Positions 9,689-19,302 of a DNA stretch of 64,000 nucleotides are shown here, in pieces. A model generated the notes under the pieces. It was not told where the DNA came from and did not search any database. It saw nothing but the letters and a program-made list of their open reading frames with translations. Position numbers and translations under genes: made by a program. Origin of the DNA: a virus; IMG/VR virus record IMGVR_UViG_3300045988_144476; one strand, written 5' to 3'. Each line of letters opens with the position of its first letter. Positions within the stretch are counted from its first letter, which is position 1.

Positions 9689-11272
9689 CTACTTCTTATT
9701 ATCTTGTTTTTCTCTACTTGCCGCTCCATCATCAGTAATCTCAGTATCATCTTTTGTTGGTGCACCACCTGTGTCTGAAGATCCAGACTGTGTATATGAT
9801 GTTTGAAGCGGAACAAATAATTGTGAAATGCCAAGCACTTGTTGTTCTAAAACATTAAGTGCAAGAGTATCTTTCTCAGAAAATTGATTTAATGTATTAT
9901 AGGCCAAAGCAGTAGGGAGTCCGTTCTGTGCAGCAGTTAAAAGTTCTTGTTTAAATTCATCTTTTGTATATGCACTTACTTCAAAAAATTTAACTTTTGC
10001 TGGTGTAGATACCCAATAAGTTAAGAAGCGATTGACCCATCCCTGGGTTTCCGGTAAAAGCATAGAAATAGCCATTTCTGTATCAGCTTTAACAGCAGCC
10101 TCAAAAGCCTTTTGGCCGCTGATACTAGCACTATTTAATATCTGTGCACCACCAGAACTATTAAATAAAGTTTCTGTAGATTTAGCTATTTTATTTGTAT
10201 CCGTAGCTTTATCATTATTAAACGAAATTTGGTCAAGTTTTCCTGGTATAATAGCAGCAGAAGTGTAGTCAGGAAGAGCTTCGTTAATCATTCTATTAAA
10301 ATATTCAATTACAATATCTGGTGTAATTTTCCAATCATCAACATTATCACTGCCGGTAATTGTTTCAAGTTCTAGCCAAATCATTTTATAAATATCTTGC
10401 TGATCAGCAATAGCTTGTAAATCGTCAAGATCAATAAGATTAATAATTCCAGATAGTAATCCAGAAAATGGAGGAATAACAGTTTCCCAATCTTCAGCTC
10501 TTGCTTTCAAACATATAGCATATTCATCTGGCATTGGCTGCCACTTTCCATTTGTTGTATCATTTTCATATGCACGATACATAGATTGAAACGGTTCTCC
10601 CCATAATTCAAGAACAGTTTGTCTTGATCTGAAATAGCTCATATCCATTACAAATGCATAATCTCCGGTGTTATATGCACCAGAAATTTTACAATAGTCT
10701 GGATCTAATGGAAGAATAAATAATCCTTGATCTTCATCATAATAAGCACATCCATAAAAAACATCTTCACGAAAACAAACCATATAAGCTTTAAGCATTT
10801 CATATTGAAGATGCATTTTGTCAAGAACATTAAGTGTATCCTGATATGAAGACAACATTGAATTTGTATCTCCACCATTTACTAAATCATAATCTGGGAT
10901 AACTGAACGAGCGTTCAAGCAGAACATATTTGCATTATACGCAATTAATCTATAATATGCATGACATCTATAATACAAATATCTAGAAAGATTTCGAAGG
11001 TTCTTTTCATTTGAACCAATATTTTTTAGATATGTTCTTAAACTATCTTTATTAAAAGCAGTAATAGTAGTAGTACTTGTCTTAGTAACATCTCTAAGAC
11101 CTCTTGCTCCATCCATTGCTGCAGCATAATTTTCTATATCTCTATGATTTTTCGTATACCAATCTTTTATTTCAGCAACCGAACTTTTTTGAGTAGGTGC
11201 CGGGTCCATTTTTTTAGCAGTTGGAACCTTGCTATTAGCACTAACATTTCTTCTTTTCATTCTTTGTGCCAA
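9689..11272 (-). CDS. candidate portal protein
   Basis: 527 aa, immediately downstream of TerL. TTG start 10 nt after AAGGAGGTG. Assigned by size and synteny only. Confidence 0.55.
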   Translation of the reverse strand: MAQRMKRRNVSANSKVPTAKKMDPAPTQKSSVAEIKDWYTKNHRDIENYAAAMDGARGLRDVTKTSTTTITAFNKDSLRTYLKNIGSNEKNLRNLSRYLYYRCHAYYRLIAYNANMFCLNARSVIPDYDLVNGGDTNSMLSSYQDTLNVLDKMHLQYEMLKAYMVCFREDVFYGCAYYDEDQGLFILPLDPDYCKISGAYNTGDYAFVMDMSYFRSRQTVLELWGEPFQSMYRAYENDTTNGKWQPMPDEYAICLKARAEDWETVIPPFSGLLSGIINLIDLDDLQAIADQQDIYKMIWLELETITGSDNVDDWKITPDIVIEYFNRMINEALPDYTSAAIIPGKLDQISFNNDKATDTNKIAKSTETLFNSSGGAQILNSASISGQKAFEAAVKADTEMAISMLLPETQGWVNRFLTYWVSTPAKVKFFEVSAYTKDEFKQELLTAAQNGLPTALAYNTLNQFSEKDTLALNVLEQQVLGISQLFVPLQTSYTQSGSSDTGGAPTKDDTEITDDGAASREKQDNKK

Positions 11273-11292
11273 AAATTCGACACCTCCTTTAT

Positions 11293-13350
11293 TTAATCAT
11301 CAAATATCGATCCAATACGTCCTCTACGAATAGTAAGAGACTGGACTAATGAAATATCAGCTTTAGGCCGTTTTTTATTTGTAATAAATTTTCTACGTTC
11401 ACATTGAAGTGCATAAGATACCATGCAACAAGTGTAGGCACGATCATCGTGTAATTTATTACGTTTTTCTGGACATAATTCAAAAGAATCTTTACCAGAT
11501 TCTCTTTTAATACGAACCATATTGACAAGTTCTTCTTTTAAAGCGTCTATACTAGCAAGTGCTTTTTGTTCTTGCCAGTTTAATTTCTCAGTTCTACTTT
11601 TTACATTTTGTAGATTATTTAAATCATTCTGAACATTATAATCAATATCTTCAGGACTCATTTTTTGTTTTTTATATTTTGCTTCAAGTTCCCTTTTGGC
11701 TTTTTCATATTTTTCTTTATCAATATCAAAAATAGTAAGATAGTCCTTGCCATCATAATCAGCAGTAAAATTAATCTTATCCTGATTCATAAGTTCAATC
11801 ATAGCTTCGTACATCTCAGATTTATATTGAGTAGGAGACATAAGATGTATTTTATTAACAGCATTAGGAAATTTTTTAACATATTCCTCAGAATATTCTT
11901 TATCAATTAAACCACGATGCATTTTGCCATCTTTACCTTTCCAATCTGGCATAAGATAATCAGCAATATTAACACCGCCTCCACCAGATCCAGCATCGAT
12001 ATATATACCTAAAATATTACTATAGGTATCATCACCGCCTTGATTATAATCAAGAATAATTTCTTTCAAATAATCAATCTGATCGGGAGTTTGCATTGGG
12101 CTTTTTCTTTTGTTTCCTATATCAATAAGATTAATACAATTTAATAATCGCATTTTGTATTCAGTGTCACCATTTTGATCTTTATCAACATATATTTCTG
12201 CAACTAAAATTACAGAGTTATCTCTACTACGAGCAGGATCATACGCAATAACAATCTTACGCTCACTTGTATCATTACACAAAATAGGTTTTCGTACTTC
12301 AGAATTTCGTGCAATAACACCTCTTCGGATAATAGCATTAGCTCCAGCATCAGAAGTAAATTCACAATAATACTCTCTACGAGCCTTTTCAGGATTAGAA
12401 CGCATAGCTGCTTCAACAGTTGATTTTGTAAGAAGTGGAGCCATAACTTGACCACGAATAGTAGGTTTAAAAGCTACTTCACAATCTATATGAGCAACAA
12501 AATAATCAGGATCACCCATAAGTTGTCTTTTGCTAAAATCTCTATATAATTTATAAAATTCTGTATCAGTAGAAGACGCAGAAGATATATAAAATAATTG
12601 GTTCGGAATATTTGATGGAATACATCTTAGACGATTTATATCAATAGAATTGCCATCACGGTCTTTACCAGATTTAAAGCTTTTATTGACGATTGCAAAT
12701 GCACCATAAGTTTGAAGCATTTCATCAGAAAGCCATCCACATTCATCAAAAATTACATTACCACGCATTCCCCTTTTTTTATCTATATTACTATTGAGCG
12801 TCTGAGTAAATGCGCCATTATATAAGCTATATGAGAATCCGTTAGAAGAGTGACTAAAACCATCTCCAGCGGCATTTTTTATTTCTATCTCTGCTTTAAA
12901 TATATATCCGGTAGAACCAAGCATTGTATCAATGTTATCATTCGCAATTCTTTCAAGTGTTGTAAAGGTTTGTTCAGCCTGGCTGCCTGAACCAGAAGCA
13001 ATATAGGTCCAATAGTTATTAAACAACATATCTTTAGCCATAACCATAATATCTATTAATGTAGACTTTCCAAATCCTCTCGTACAAACAAGAAGAACAT
13101 TAGGACAATTCCAAGATCTTTGAATTATCCATGCTTGTGAATCCAATAATTCAATATTAAAAAAGTCATTTATAAATCTTACTGGATTACACTGATAATA
13201 TTTCTGAAGATTTGCGATTTTTATAAAACCTTCCAATTTTCTGGAGGACATTGGATAAATACCAGGTTTAACAAAAATTTTATCTCCTTGTTCACAATAA
13301 TTAAGATTCGGCAGATGATTCATTTTCTTCGGATTGATCATCTTCTTCAT
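11293..13350 (-). CDS. terL: terminase large subunit
   Basis: Walker A LVCTRGFGKST and Walker B-like VIFDECGW in the N-terminal ATPase; 685 aa with a C-terminal nuclease-size domain; precedes the portal candidate. Confidence 0.85.
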   Translation of the reverse strand: MKKMINPKKMNHLPNLNYCEQGDKIFVKPGIYPMSSRKLEGFIKIANLQKYYQCNPVRFINDFFNIELLDSQAWIIQRSWNCPNVLLVCTRGFGKSTLIDIMVMAKDMLFNNYWTYIASGSGSQAEQTFTTLERIANDNIDTMLGSTGYIFKAEIEIKNAAGDGFSHSSNGFSYSLYNGAFTQTLNSNIDKKRGMRGNVIFDECGWLSDEMLQTYGAFAIVNKSFKSGKDRDGNSIDINRLRCIPSNIPNQLFYISSASSTDTEFYKLYRDFSKRQLMGDPDYFVAHIDCEVAFKPTIRGQVMAPLLTKSTVEAAMRSNPEKARREYYCEFTSDAGANAIIRRGVIARNSEVRKPILCNDTSERKIVIAYDPARSRDNSVILVAEIYVDKDQNGDTEYKMRLLNCINLIDIGNKRKSPMQTPDQIDYLKEIILDYNQGGDDTYSNILGIYIDAGSGGGGVNIADYLMPDWKGKDGKMHRGLIDKEYSEEYVKKFPNAVNKIHLMSPTQYKSEMYEAMIELMNQDKINFTADYDGKDYLTIFDIDKEKYEKAKRELEAKYKKQKMSPEDIDYNVQNDLNNLQNVKSRTEKLNWQEQKALASIDALKEELVNMVRIKRESGKDSFELCPEKRNKLHDDRAYTCCMVSYALQCERRKFITNKKRPKADISLVQSLTIRRGRIGSIFDD

Positions 13351-14608
13351 CCTCTTCTATAGAACTAAAACATGAATATAATTCATTTAGATCAACCAGA
13401 TCCTCCGGTTTGATTAATCCTTCTTCTTCCATATAATCCTTAAGATCTATATTTTCACGTAGTAAAATACGAGAAATTTCTTTATAATTATCTAAATCAC
13501 TTCGTAAGTTAGTAATCATCTGTCTTTGTTCAGCAACCATATCAGACCATTCAGATTCATCTAATCGCAATGCCTTTAATATAGAAGTATTACTCATATC
13601 CATAACTTGTTGCATACCTCTACAGGTAGCTAAATCAAATCCATTAACCTCTCCTTCACGAAGATTCATATCTTTGATCTTTTTAATTTTTCCGGTCCAA
13701 GTATTTTCGCCTTTTTTAGCATTTTTATTATTTTTCAGAGAAATACAACTTTCAGCAGCGAGATCTTTAATAATACTTGTTAAATCTTTTTTACTTTGTT
13801 GAAGGGATTTAATTGTTGCAGAATTATTTTGCAACTTACGAATATCAGACATGTATGTAGAAATAGCATTATCTATTTTAGATTGTTGTAGAAATGCTCT
13901 TACAATAGAAATAGCAGAAGCGGTTCTCATCATATCATCATTAGCATCTTCACTAGAATCAAGAAGTCCTAGCAATTGAGAATATAAGAAAGGCTGGTCA
14001 GATATAGCTTCTTTTTCGAATGGATCATATCCAAGTAATCTGACTACATCATTTTTATTTTTTACAAAACTACTATAAGTGTCTTGATCTTCACGACCTT
14101 TAATTACGTCTTCAGTAGTCTTCTCATCTTCATATATGATTTTTTCTTTAAACATATCTGAATCAGCATATGTTTCACCAATATATTGCGGCATAGAAAC
14201 ATTTTTAATATAAGATGTCCATGCATTATTCTTAGTTTTTCCAGTAGCGGAATTTTCCGATTCCTGAATACTTGAATCATATAATTTATTATAAAAAGGT
14301 TTATTTAAATAGCGTAAAGCTAACTGAATAGATTCTTTAGTGGGTTCATGTTCTTCTCCATTTGCATCAATTCTTAAAGCAATTTTCTTAGCGCAATCTT
14401 TACAAATTGGAGAACAATGAGATGTTACCAATGGATCGGTATTATCATAGAATCTATCTTTCCTTTTTGGTTTACCGCACATAAAACACCATGCGGTATT
14501 TTCTTTATAGTTTTCAATTTCAGTTTCTAATTCAGCAATTTTTTTTCTCATCTGAGTTGGAGTCATTTTGACAGGCTCAGACGTAGTACTTTTTCTTGTT
14601 GTTGCCAT
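13301..14608 (-). CDS. hypothetical protein with CxxC zinc ribbon (positional candidate for small terminase/DNA-recognition subunit)
   Basis: 435 aa; CFMCGKP...CSPICKDC; acidic C-terminus; overlaps the TerL start by 50 nt. Confidence 0.3.
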   Translation of the reverse strand: MATTRKSTTSEPVKMTPTQMRKKIAELETEIENYKENTAWCFMCGKPKRKDRFYDNTDPLVTSHCSPICKDCAKKIALRIDANGEEHEPTKESIQLALRYLNKPFYNKLYDSSIQESENSATGKTKNNAWTSYIKNVSMPQYIGETYADSDMFKEKIIYEDEKTTEDVIKGREDQDTYSSFVKNKNDVVRLLGYDPFEKEAISDQPFLYSQLLGLLDSSEDANDDMMRTASAISIVRAFLQQSKIDNAISTYMSDIRKLQNNSATIKSLQQSKKDLTSIIKDLAAESCISLKNNKNAKKGENTWTGKIKKIKDMNLREGEVNGFDLATCRGMQQVMDMSNTSILKALRLDESEWSDMVAEQRQMITNLRSDLDNYKEISRILLRENIDLKDYMEEEGLIKPEDLVDLNELYSCFSSIEEDEEDDQSEENESSAES

Positions 14609-14634
14609 AACAACTCCTCCTTGTGTTCGTTAAA

Positions 14635-14709
14635 TAGATGTAGTAGGACTCGAACCTACAAAACTCTGATCCTAAGTCAGATGCGTCTGCCAAATTGCGC
14701 CATACATCC
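14635..14709 (-). tRNA. tRNA with anticodon UAG (Leu codon CUA) but class-I (short variable loop) architecture
   Basis: GGATGTA/TACATCT acceptor, A73. D arm GCGCAATTTGGCAGACGC, anticodon arm TCTGA-CTTAGGA-TCAGA, 5-nt variable loop GTTTT, T arm GTAGG-TTCGAGT-CCTAC. Confidence 0.75.
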
Positions 14710-14714
14710 AAAGA

Positions 14715-14732
14715 AGGGCAGTAAAGACTGCC
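14715..14732 (-). other. 7-bp hairpin between phosphoesterase gene and tRNA
   Basis: GGGCAGT-aaag-ACTGCCC; on the - strand it is followed by TTCTTTGG and then the tRNA 5' end. Confidence 0.4.
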
Positions 14733-14777
14733 CTGTATAGAAGTGTATAATATAAGCAGCAACGCCACTCGTATTAT

Positions 14778-15959
14778 TTAATGTAATTTATATTTATGTT
14801 CATCTACAAGTCCATCTAACTGGTCAAACACAAACATAGAAGCACCTGCGTTTGCAGTTTTATTGATAGACATACTATATGGATTCACTCCAATAATTGA
14901 TCGAACACTAATTACTTCAGAATTTCGTGCAACTTCTTCAGAAAAAGAAGAATGCCAGTGTCCTGTAAATAAATAGTCGATAGGCACTTCATGGATCTTC
15001 ATAATATCTTTCATTGTCTTATTCAGATCTTTTGTTTCAAAATGTCCACCTAAACATGTATAAATAGTTAACTGTGAATATGCTAATCCAGTAGGATTTT
15101 CAACAATTTTTACATTTGGATTATCTTTTAATCTGGCTTTCATCAAAGCTAACATAGATTTACTCATATCTTCATTATCAAAAGCATTTTTAGGTTGTCC
15201 TAATAATCGCAATTGATTATGATTTGATTTTTTAACCATTTGAAAAGTAATAAAAACATGTTTACTTAATTCATTCAGCCATTCAGATAAAAAGTTTGCA
15301 TATAAAATAGAAGAATCAATAACTCCATATTTTAACTGCATAAGCTGAGAATTAGCTCTTAATAAACCATCAAGAGCATCTCCTAAATCCCAAATATGTA
15401 AATGTGTAATTCCGTCTTTATTGATCTGATCAACAACTTTATAATATAATTCCCACATTCTATGTTCAAAAATTTCAGGACTATATTCATTAATGGTATA
15501 TCCATGAAGATCTTTTATATTAAATTCAACTCCGTAATGAGCATCAGAAATAGTAAGAAGATAAGCTTTTGTAGTTGGTTTTAAAATGATCGGTTCAGGC
15601 TTCTCTAATGGTTCAAGACATTTTACAGCTTCGCCAATTTTTTCAGCAATTAATTCATCTCGTGAATACTCACGTAACCATTTATTAAACTCAAGTTTTT
15701 CAGTTTGAAGTTTAATTCGTTCTTTTTTAATTGCAAGTTCTTCCGGTATATTAGAAATAGAAGAGGATGGAGTAATATTCCATCCTGCATCTATATACTC
15801 TAATAATAATTTTGATCCTTTTCGAATTGTATCACGATGTTCAATTTCTCCTAAAGCATCAGATCTAAAATCTGTTACATCTTGCCATTCGATAGATGAA
15901 TCAGTTTGCTTTCGTTTAATCAGATCAAGCTGTTCTTTTAAAAATTGATCTTTATCCAT
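14778..15959 (-). CDS. calcineurin-like metallophosphoesterase
   Basis: Motifs ISDAHYG (DxH), WDLGDALDG (GDxxDG), FTGHWHS (GHxH). Confidence 0.7.
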   Translation of the reverse strand: MDKDQFLKEQLDLIKRKQTDSSIEWQDVTDFRSDALGEIEHRDTIRKGSKLLLEYIDAGWNITPSSSISNIPEELAIKKERIKLQTEKLEFNKWLREYSRDELIAEKIGEAVKCLEPLEKPEPIILKPTTKAYLLTISDAHYGVEFNIKDLHGYTINEYSPEIFEHRMWELYYKVVDQINKDGITHLHIWDLGDALDGLLRANSQLMQLKYGVIDSSILYANFLSEWLNELSKHVFITFQMVKKSNHNQLRLLGQPKNAFDNEDMSKSMLALMKARLKDNPNVKIVENPTGLAYSQLTIYTCLGGHFETKDLNKTMKDIMKIHEVPIDYLFTGHWHSSFSEEVARNSEVISVRSIIGVNPYSMSINKTANAGASMFVFDQLDGLVDEHKYKLH

Positions 15960-15968
15960 AAATTTACC

Positions 15969-16184
15969 TTACATATTATCTGTTGCGGATCCAGAAATGT
16001 CATCAAGATCAATTTTCTCTTCAGTTTTAGTAGTAGTAGAAAGGTCAAAAGGAATATCTCCGTATGCCTTTTCAAAAACTTCAAGAATGTCAATAATTTC
16101 GCCATTCATATCAACAAGTCTTCCATCTACCATATGTAAACTTTTTATTTTTCCATCATATTTTACAGTCTTTTTTAATTCCAT
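15969..16184 (-). CDS. hypothetical protein (71 aa)
   Basis: SD CAAGGAGAAAAATT upstream of the ATG; packed array. Confidence 0.55.
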   Translation of the reverse strand: MELKKTVKYDGKIKSLHMVDGRLVDMNGEIIDILEVFEKAYGDIPFDLSTTTKTEEKIDLDDISGSATDNM

Positions 16185-16205
16185 AATTTTTCTCCTTGTA
16201 TTCCA

Positions 16206-16234
16206 TTGACATATATCAATGTTTGATATATAAT
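16206..16234 (+). promoter_or_regulatory. consensus sigma-A-type promoter TTGACA-N17-TATAAT with embedded perfect 9-bp inverted repeat, antisense to the late operon
   Basis: TTGACA 16206-16211; TATAAT 16229-16234. ATATATCAA-tgt-TTGATATAT palindrome at 16211-16231. Confidence 0.4.
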
Positions 16235-16264
16235 GTTATTTGTGAAAGATTAAATAAAATTCAA

Positions 16265-16870
16265 TTATAATAAAGAATCTAATTCAATATCTTGTCCAAT
16301 AATACCGTCTACAATACCACGTTCTTTTGCCTCTTCAGCAAACATATAATATTCACGGTCTTTAATTTCTTCAAGAAATTCTGCAGACATATTACTATGT
16401 TCAATCATAAAATCAGTCATTCTTTTTTCAAGATTATCATAAAATTTCTGAATATCTTTTCCTTTATTTGACGAACTTACATATCCAGTCTGTCCATCAT
16501 GATACAATACAATAGTATTTGGGAAACAATATCTTTTATGTCCTGCGGCAAGAATATAGGATCCCATAGAAGCACATTTTGCAAATCCAATTGTAATTAC
16601 AGGAGTAGTAGATGTAGAAATTGAACTTAATACTTGTGATCCAGAAATAACATCTCCACCATCTGAATTAATATAAATATAAATTGGTTTTCTACAACCT
16701 TTTGGAAGACCCTTATCTTCTTTGTTCCACTGCATAATCATTAAACAAATATTTTCAATAATATTGTCATCGATATCTTCATTAAGAATAATTTTTCTTT
16801 GATTTAGATGTTCTTTTACAATTGTAGTATAAATTTCATCATCATCTTTTAATGTTAATAATTCCATCAT
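16265..16870 (-). CDS. ClpP-family serine protease
   Basis: GFAKCASMGSYILAAGHKRYCFPNTIVLYHDG aligns with E. coli ClpP GQAASMGAFLLTAG..RFCLPNSRVMIHQP (catalytic Ser and His regions). Confidence 0.75.
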   Translation of the reverse strand: MMELLTLKDDDEIYTTIVKEHLNQRKIILNEDIDDNIIENICLMIMQWNKEDKGLPKGCRKPIYIYINSDGGDVISGSQVLSSISTSTTPVITIGFAKCASMGSYILAAGHKRYCFPNTIVLYHDGQTGYVSSSNKGKDIQKFYDNLEKRMTDFMIEHSNMSAEFLEEIKDREYYMFAEEAKERGIVDGIIGQDIELDSLL

Positions 16871-16890
16871 ATATAATCCCTTTATTCCTT

Positions 16891-18336
16891 TTATAATGTA
16901 ATAACCATATCCTTTACAGAAGCAACAACTTTAAATGTTTTATCTTCATTAGATATAGCTGTTTTTAAATCTTGTTTTAAACTATTTTTAGCAACTTCTG
17001 AACCGTGAACTAAAACTAATTTTTCAGTATTTACTTTAGATCCATATGTGATAAGTTCATTTCTGTTAGCATGACTTGAAAATGTTCCAAGAGATATACA
17101 ATCCGCTTTATTTTCAACTCCATCACCACTAATTTTTATTATCTTATTTTCCTTATAGTTTTTAATTCTATATGAAAGATAGGAATTATCAGCTCCGGTA
17201 TATCCGCTAAAAATAACCATACTGTTTTCATCATTTAAGTATTCATGCAAATAAGATAAAATACGTCCATTTGTACAAAAACCTGAACTGCTTAAAACAA
17301 TTTTAGGTCTATGATCTTTAACAATAGCTAAAGAGTCTTCTTTTTCACGAATAAAATGAACTTTATCCCAACTAGATATTTTTCCCCATAACTCCAAATC
17401 ATTATCTGGTAGAAGAGTAGAATATAGATCACAAATATCACATGATAAGATAGAATCAACAATAATGTCATATTGAAAATTCTGATCATGATAAATACTA
17501 TATAGATTTGTCAATATTTCTTGCGTTCTACTAAAACTAAAGCATGGCATAATAACGGATCCACCACGTTCAGTTACTGTGTCAATAGCAGCTTTCAAAT
17601 GATCCAGGTCAAATTTACGTGTTTTCTTATTAATTCGTCCTGGTTCACCATAAGTAGACTCCATAATAGTAATTTTATTAAAATCTGTTGGAATTTCAGT
17701 ATTAGGAACATAATGATTCTTTGTATTCAAAGAACCAATATCAGAAGTGTATAAAATAGATTTTGGGATTCCGTTTTGATCCCGAAGTGTAAGTTGGAGC
17801 TGCCTAGCACCAACGCAATGACTATTTTCATACCATTTAAACGAAACGACATCATCCAAAACATATTGCGTATGAATTTCATCATATTCAACAATATATT
17901 TCAAGGTATCAGTAACATCTGTTTCATCATAGATAGGAGAATAGTTTCTTTTATATTTAAATGATAAAGCATTTGCTTCACTGAGTAAAATAAAAGCACA
18001 ATTATAAAGCAGCGGTTTCATAAGTTGTGCAGTAGCATGTGAAGCAATAATTTTTCCTGTAAATCCTTCTTTTACCAGTCTTGGAAGTAATCCAATATGA
18101 TCAACATGAGTATGTCCAATAAAAACATAATCAATTTCAGAAGGTTTAAATTGAAATTTTGCTGAATTTATATTATATGACTCAAGATAATTATTATTTT
18201 GATATAAACCGCATTCTAATAATATTTTTTTGCCGTTGTATTTAATATAAATACAGCTGCCGGTAACATCATTGGCATTTTGACCTATTAAATAAATGCC
18301 TTCATCTTTTTTCTTTTTAGCTATGTCAAACACCAA
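16891..18336 (-). CDS. metallo-beta-lactamase fold beta-CASP nuclease (RNase J/CPSF-like)
   Basis: HxHxDH motif GHTHVDHIG; IMESTYGE (beta-CASP motif A); FSSHANRNEL (motif B); LVHGSE (motif C). Non-ATG start (TTG/GTG). Confidence 0.8.
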   Translation of the reverse strand: MVFDIAKKKKDEGIYLIGQNANDVTGSCIYIKYNGKKILLECGLYQNNNYLESYNINSAKFQFKPSEIDYVFIGHTHVDHIGLLPRLVKEGFTGKIIASHATAQLMKPLLYNCAFILLSEANALSFKYKRNYSPIYDETDVTDTLKYIVEYDEIHTQYVLDDVVSFKWYENSHCVGARQLQLTLRDQNGIPKSILYTSDIGSLNTKNHYVPNTEIPTDFNKITIMESTYGEPGRINKKTRKFDLDHLKAAIDTVTERGGSVIMPCFSFSRTQEILTNLYSIYHDQNFQYDIIVDSILSCDICDLYSTLLPDNDLELWGKISSWDKVHFIREKEDSLAIVKDHRPKIVLSSSGFCTNGRILSYLHEYLNDENSMVIFSGYTGADNSYLSYRIKNYKENKIIKISGDGVENKADCISLGTFSSHANRNELITYGSKVNTEKLVLVHGSEVAKNSLKQDLKTAISNEDKTFKVVASVKDMVITL

Positions 18337-18355
18337 CTTTCAGTATATATTAGTA

Positions 18356-18568
18356 TTAGAAATTAAAATTTTTCTTATTTTTATCAATATATAAATCGGT
18401 CTGGTGAACTGATTTTCTATATTCATTCAAAATTTCAACAGTTTTATATCTGGTTGTCATATAATATCTTTTTGCACGACCTTTATGTGTCTTACTAATC
18501 GTATGAACATCAAAACCTCTTCCTTTTGAACGTAAGTATTCAGCTTCTTTTTGACTAATATTTATCAA
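18356..18568 (-). CDS. small basic hypothetical protein (70 aa)
   Basis: TTG start 8 nt after GAGGAAAAATAA; Lys/Arg-rich. Confidence 0.45.
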   Translation of the reverse strand: MINISQKEAEYLRSKGRGFDVHTISKTHKGRAKRYYMTTRYKTVEILNEYRKSVHQTDLYIDKNKKNFNF

Positions 18569-18714
18569 TTATTTTTCCTCGCTTAAAATAGATTTCTCCA
18601 ATAGGAGATTTTGTGTAGACTCAAAGGCTCATTATCTGTCATGATCAGAGACAAAACCTTTTGTAAACCCAATCTGACGCAAGCATCCTCATGGTAAAAC
18701 TATATCTACGATGT

Positions 18715-18743
18715 TTTATTGGAATTTTGATTTAATTTGTCAA
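18715..18743 (-). promoter_or_regulatory. possible sigma-A-type promoter downstream of tRNA-Tyr
   Basis: On the - strand, TTGACA (18743-18738), a 17-nt spacer, then AATAAA (18720-18715). Confidence 0.3.
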
Positions 18744-18748
18744 CCTCA

Positions 18749-18830
18749 TGGGAGAGGTAGGACTCGAACCTACGATGTTTCTTTGTGGCTGATTTACAGT
18801 CAGCTGCCTTCGCCGCTAGACTACTCTCCC
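18749..18830 (-). tRNA. tRNA-Tyr (GTA)
   Basis: GGGAGAG/CTCTCCC acceptor, A73. Anticodon arm GCTGA-CTGTAAA-TCAGC, long variable arm, T arm GTAGG-TTCGAGT-CCTAC. No encoded CCA. Confidence 0.9.
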
Positions 18831-19147
18831 TTGTGTTAAGTGAACAGCTATTCTTATTAAATATATAACCATAAATGGAGGCCATATATTTTATTGGAAA
18901 CTTAACTTTCCCATATGATTTATGGTTAAATCACAAAAACTTGACTGCGTTTCGTCCTAAGTCAAACTCCCGCCAGATTTTCACGCTACTAGATATCTGG
19001 AACTTATCTTTTAATTCATCAAGAATACAGATTTGCGCCTGTCATTCTAAGATATAGTCTGTGTACTTTAGACTGCCATTTACTTCACTTCCTAAATGGT
19101 CAAAACGTAATCTGGGGCTAGAGGAGCTACCTCCGCATTTCAGATAA

Positions 19148-19219
19148 CACGCCCCCAAAGATTCGAACTCTGACTAATCGGGTTGGAGCCGATTGTACTG
19201 CCAATTATACGAAAGGCGT
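19148..19219 (-). tRNA. tRNA-Trp (CCA)
   Basis: Acceptor ACGCCTT/GGGGCGT, G73. Anticodon arm ATCGG-CTCCAAC-CCGAT, T loop TTCGAAT. Confidence 0.85.
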
Positions 19220-19227
19220 AAATAAAA

Positions 19228-19300
19228 GGTGACTAACGGGATTCGAACCCGTATAAGGTGGATCCACAATCCACTGCATTACCAAATCTGCCATAGTCAC
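19228..19300 (-). tRNA. tRNA-His (GTG), C73, no genome-encoded G-1
   Basis: GTGACTA/TAGTCAC acceptor with U8. Anticodon arm GTGGA-TTGTGGA-TCCAC, T arm ACGGG-TTCGAAT-CCCGT, discriminator C (19228). Position -1 is U (plus-strand a at 19301). Confidence 0.9.
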
Positions 19301-19302
19301 AA

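Noticed and set aside
14577-14768. 63-aa ORF on the - strand
   Set aside because: It is almost entirely occupied by the tRNA(UAG) gene and its flanking hairpin, and it has no SD. Spurious.
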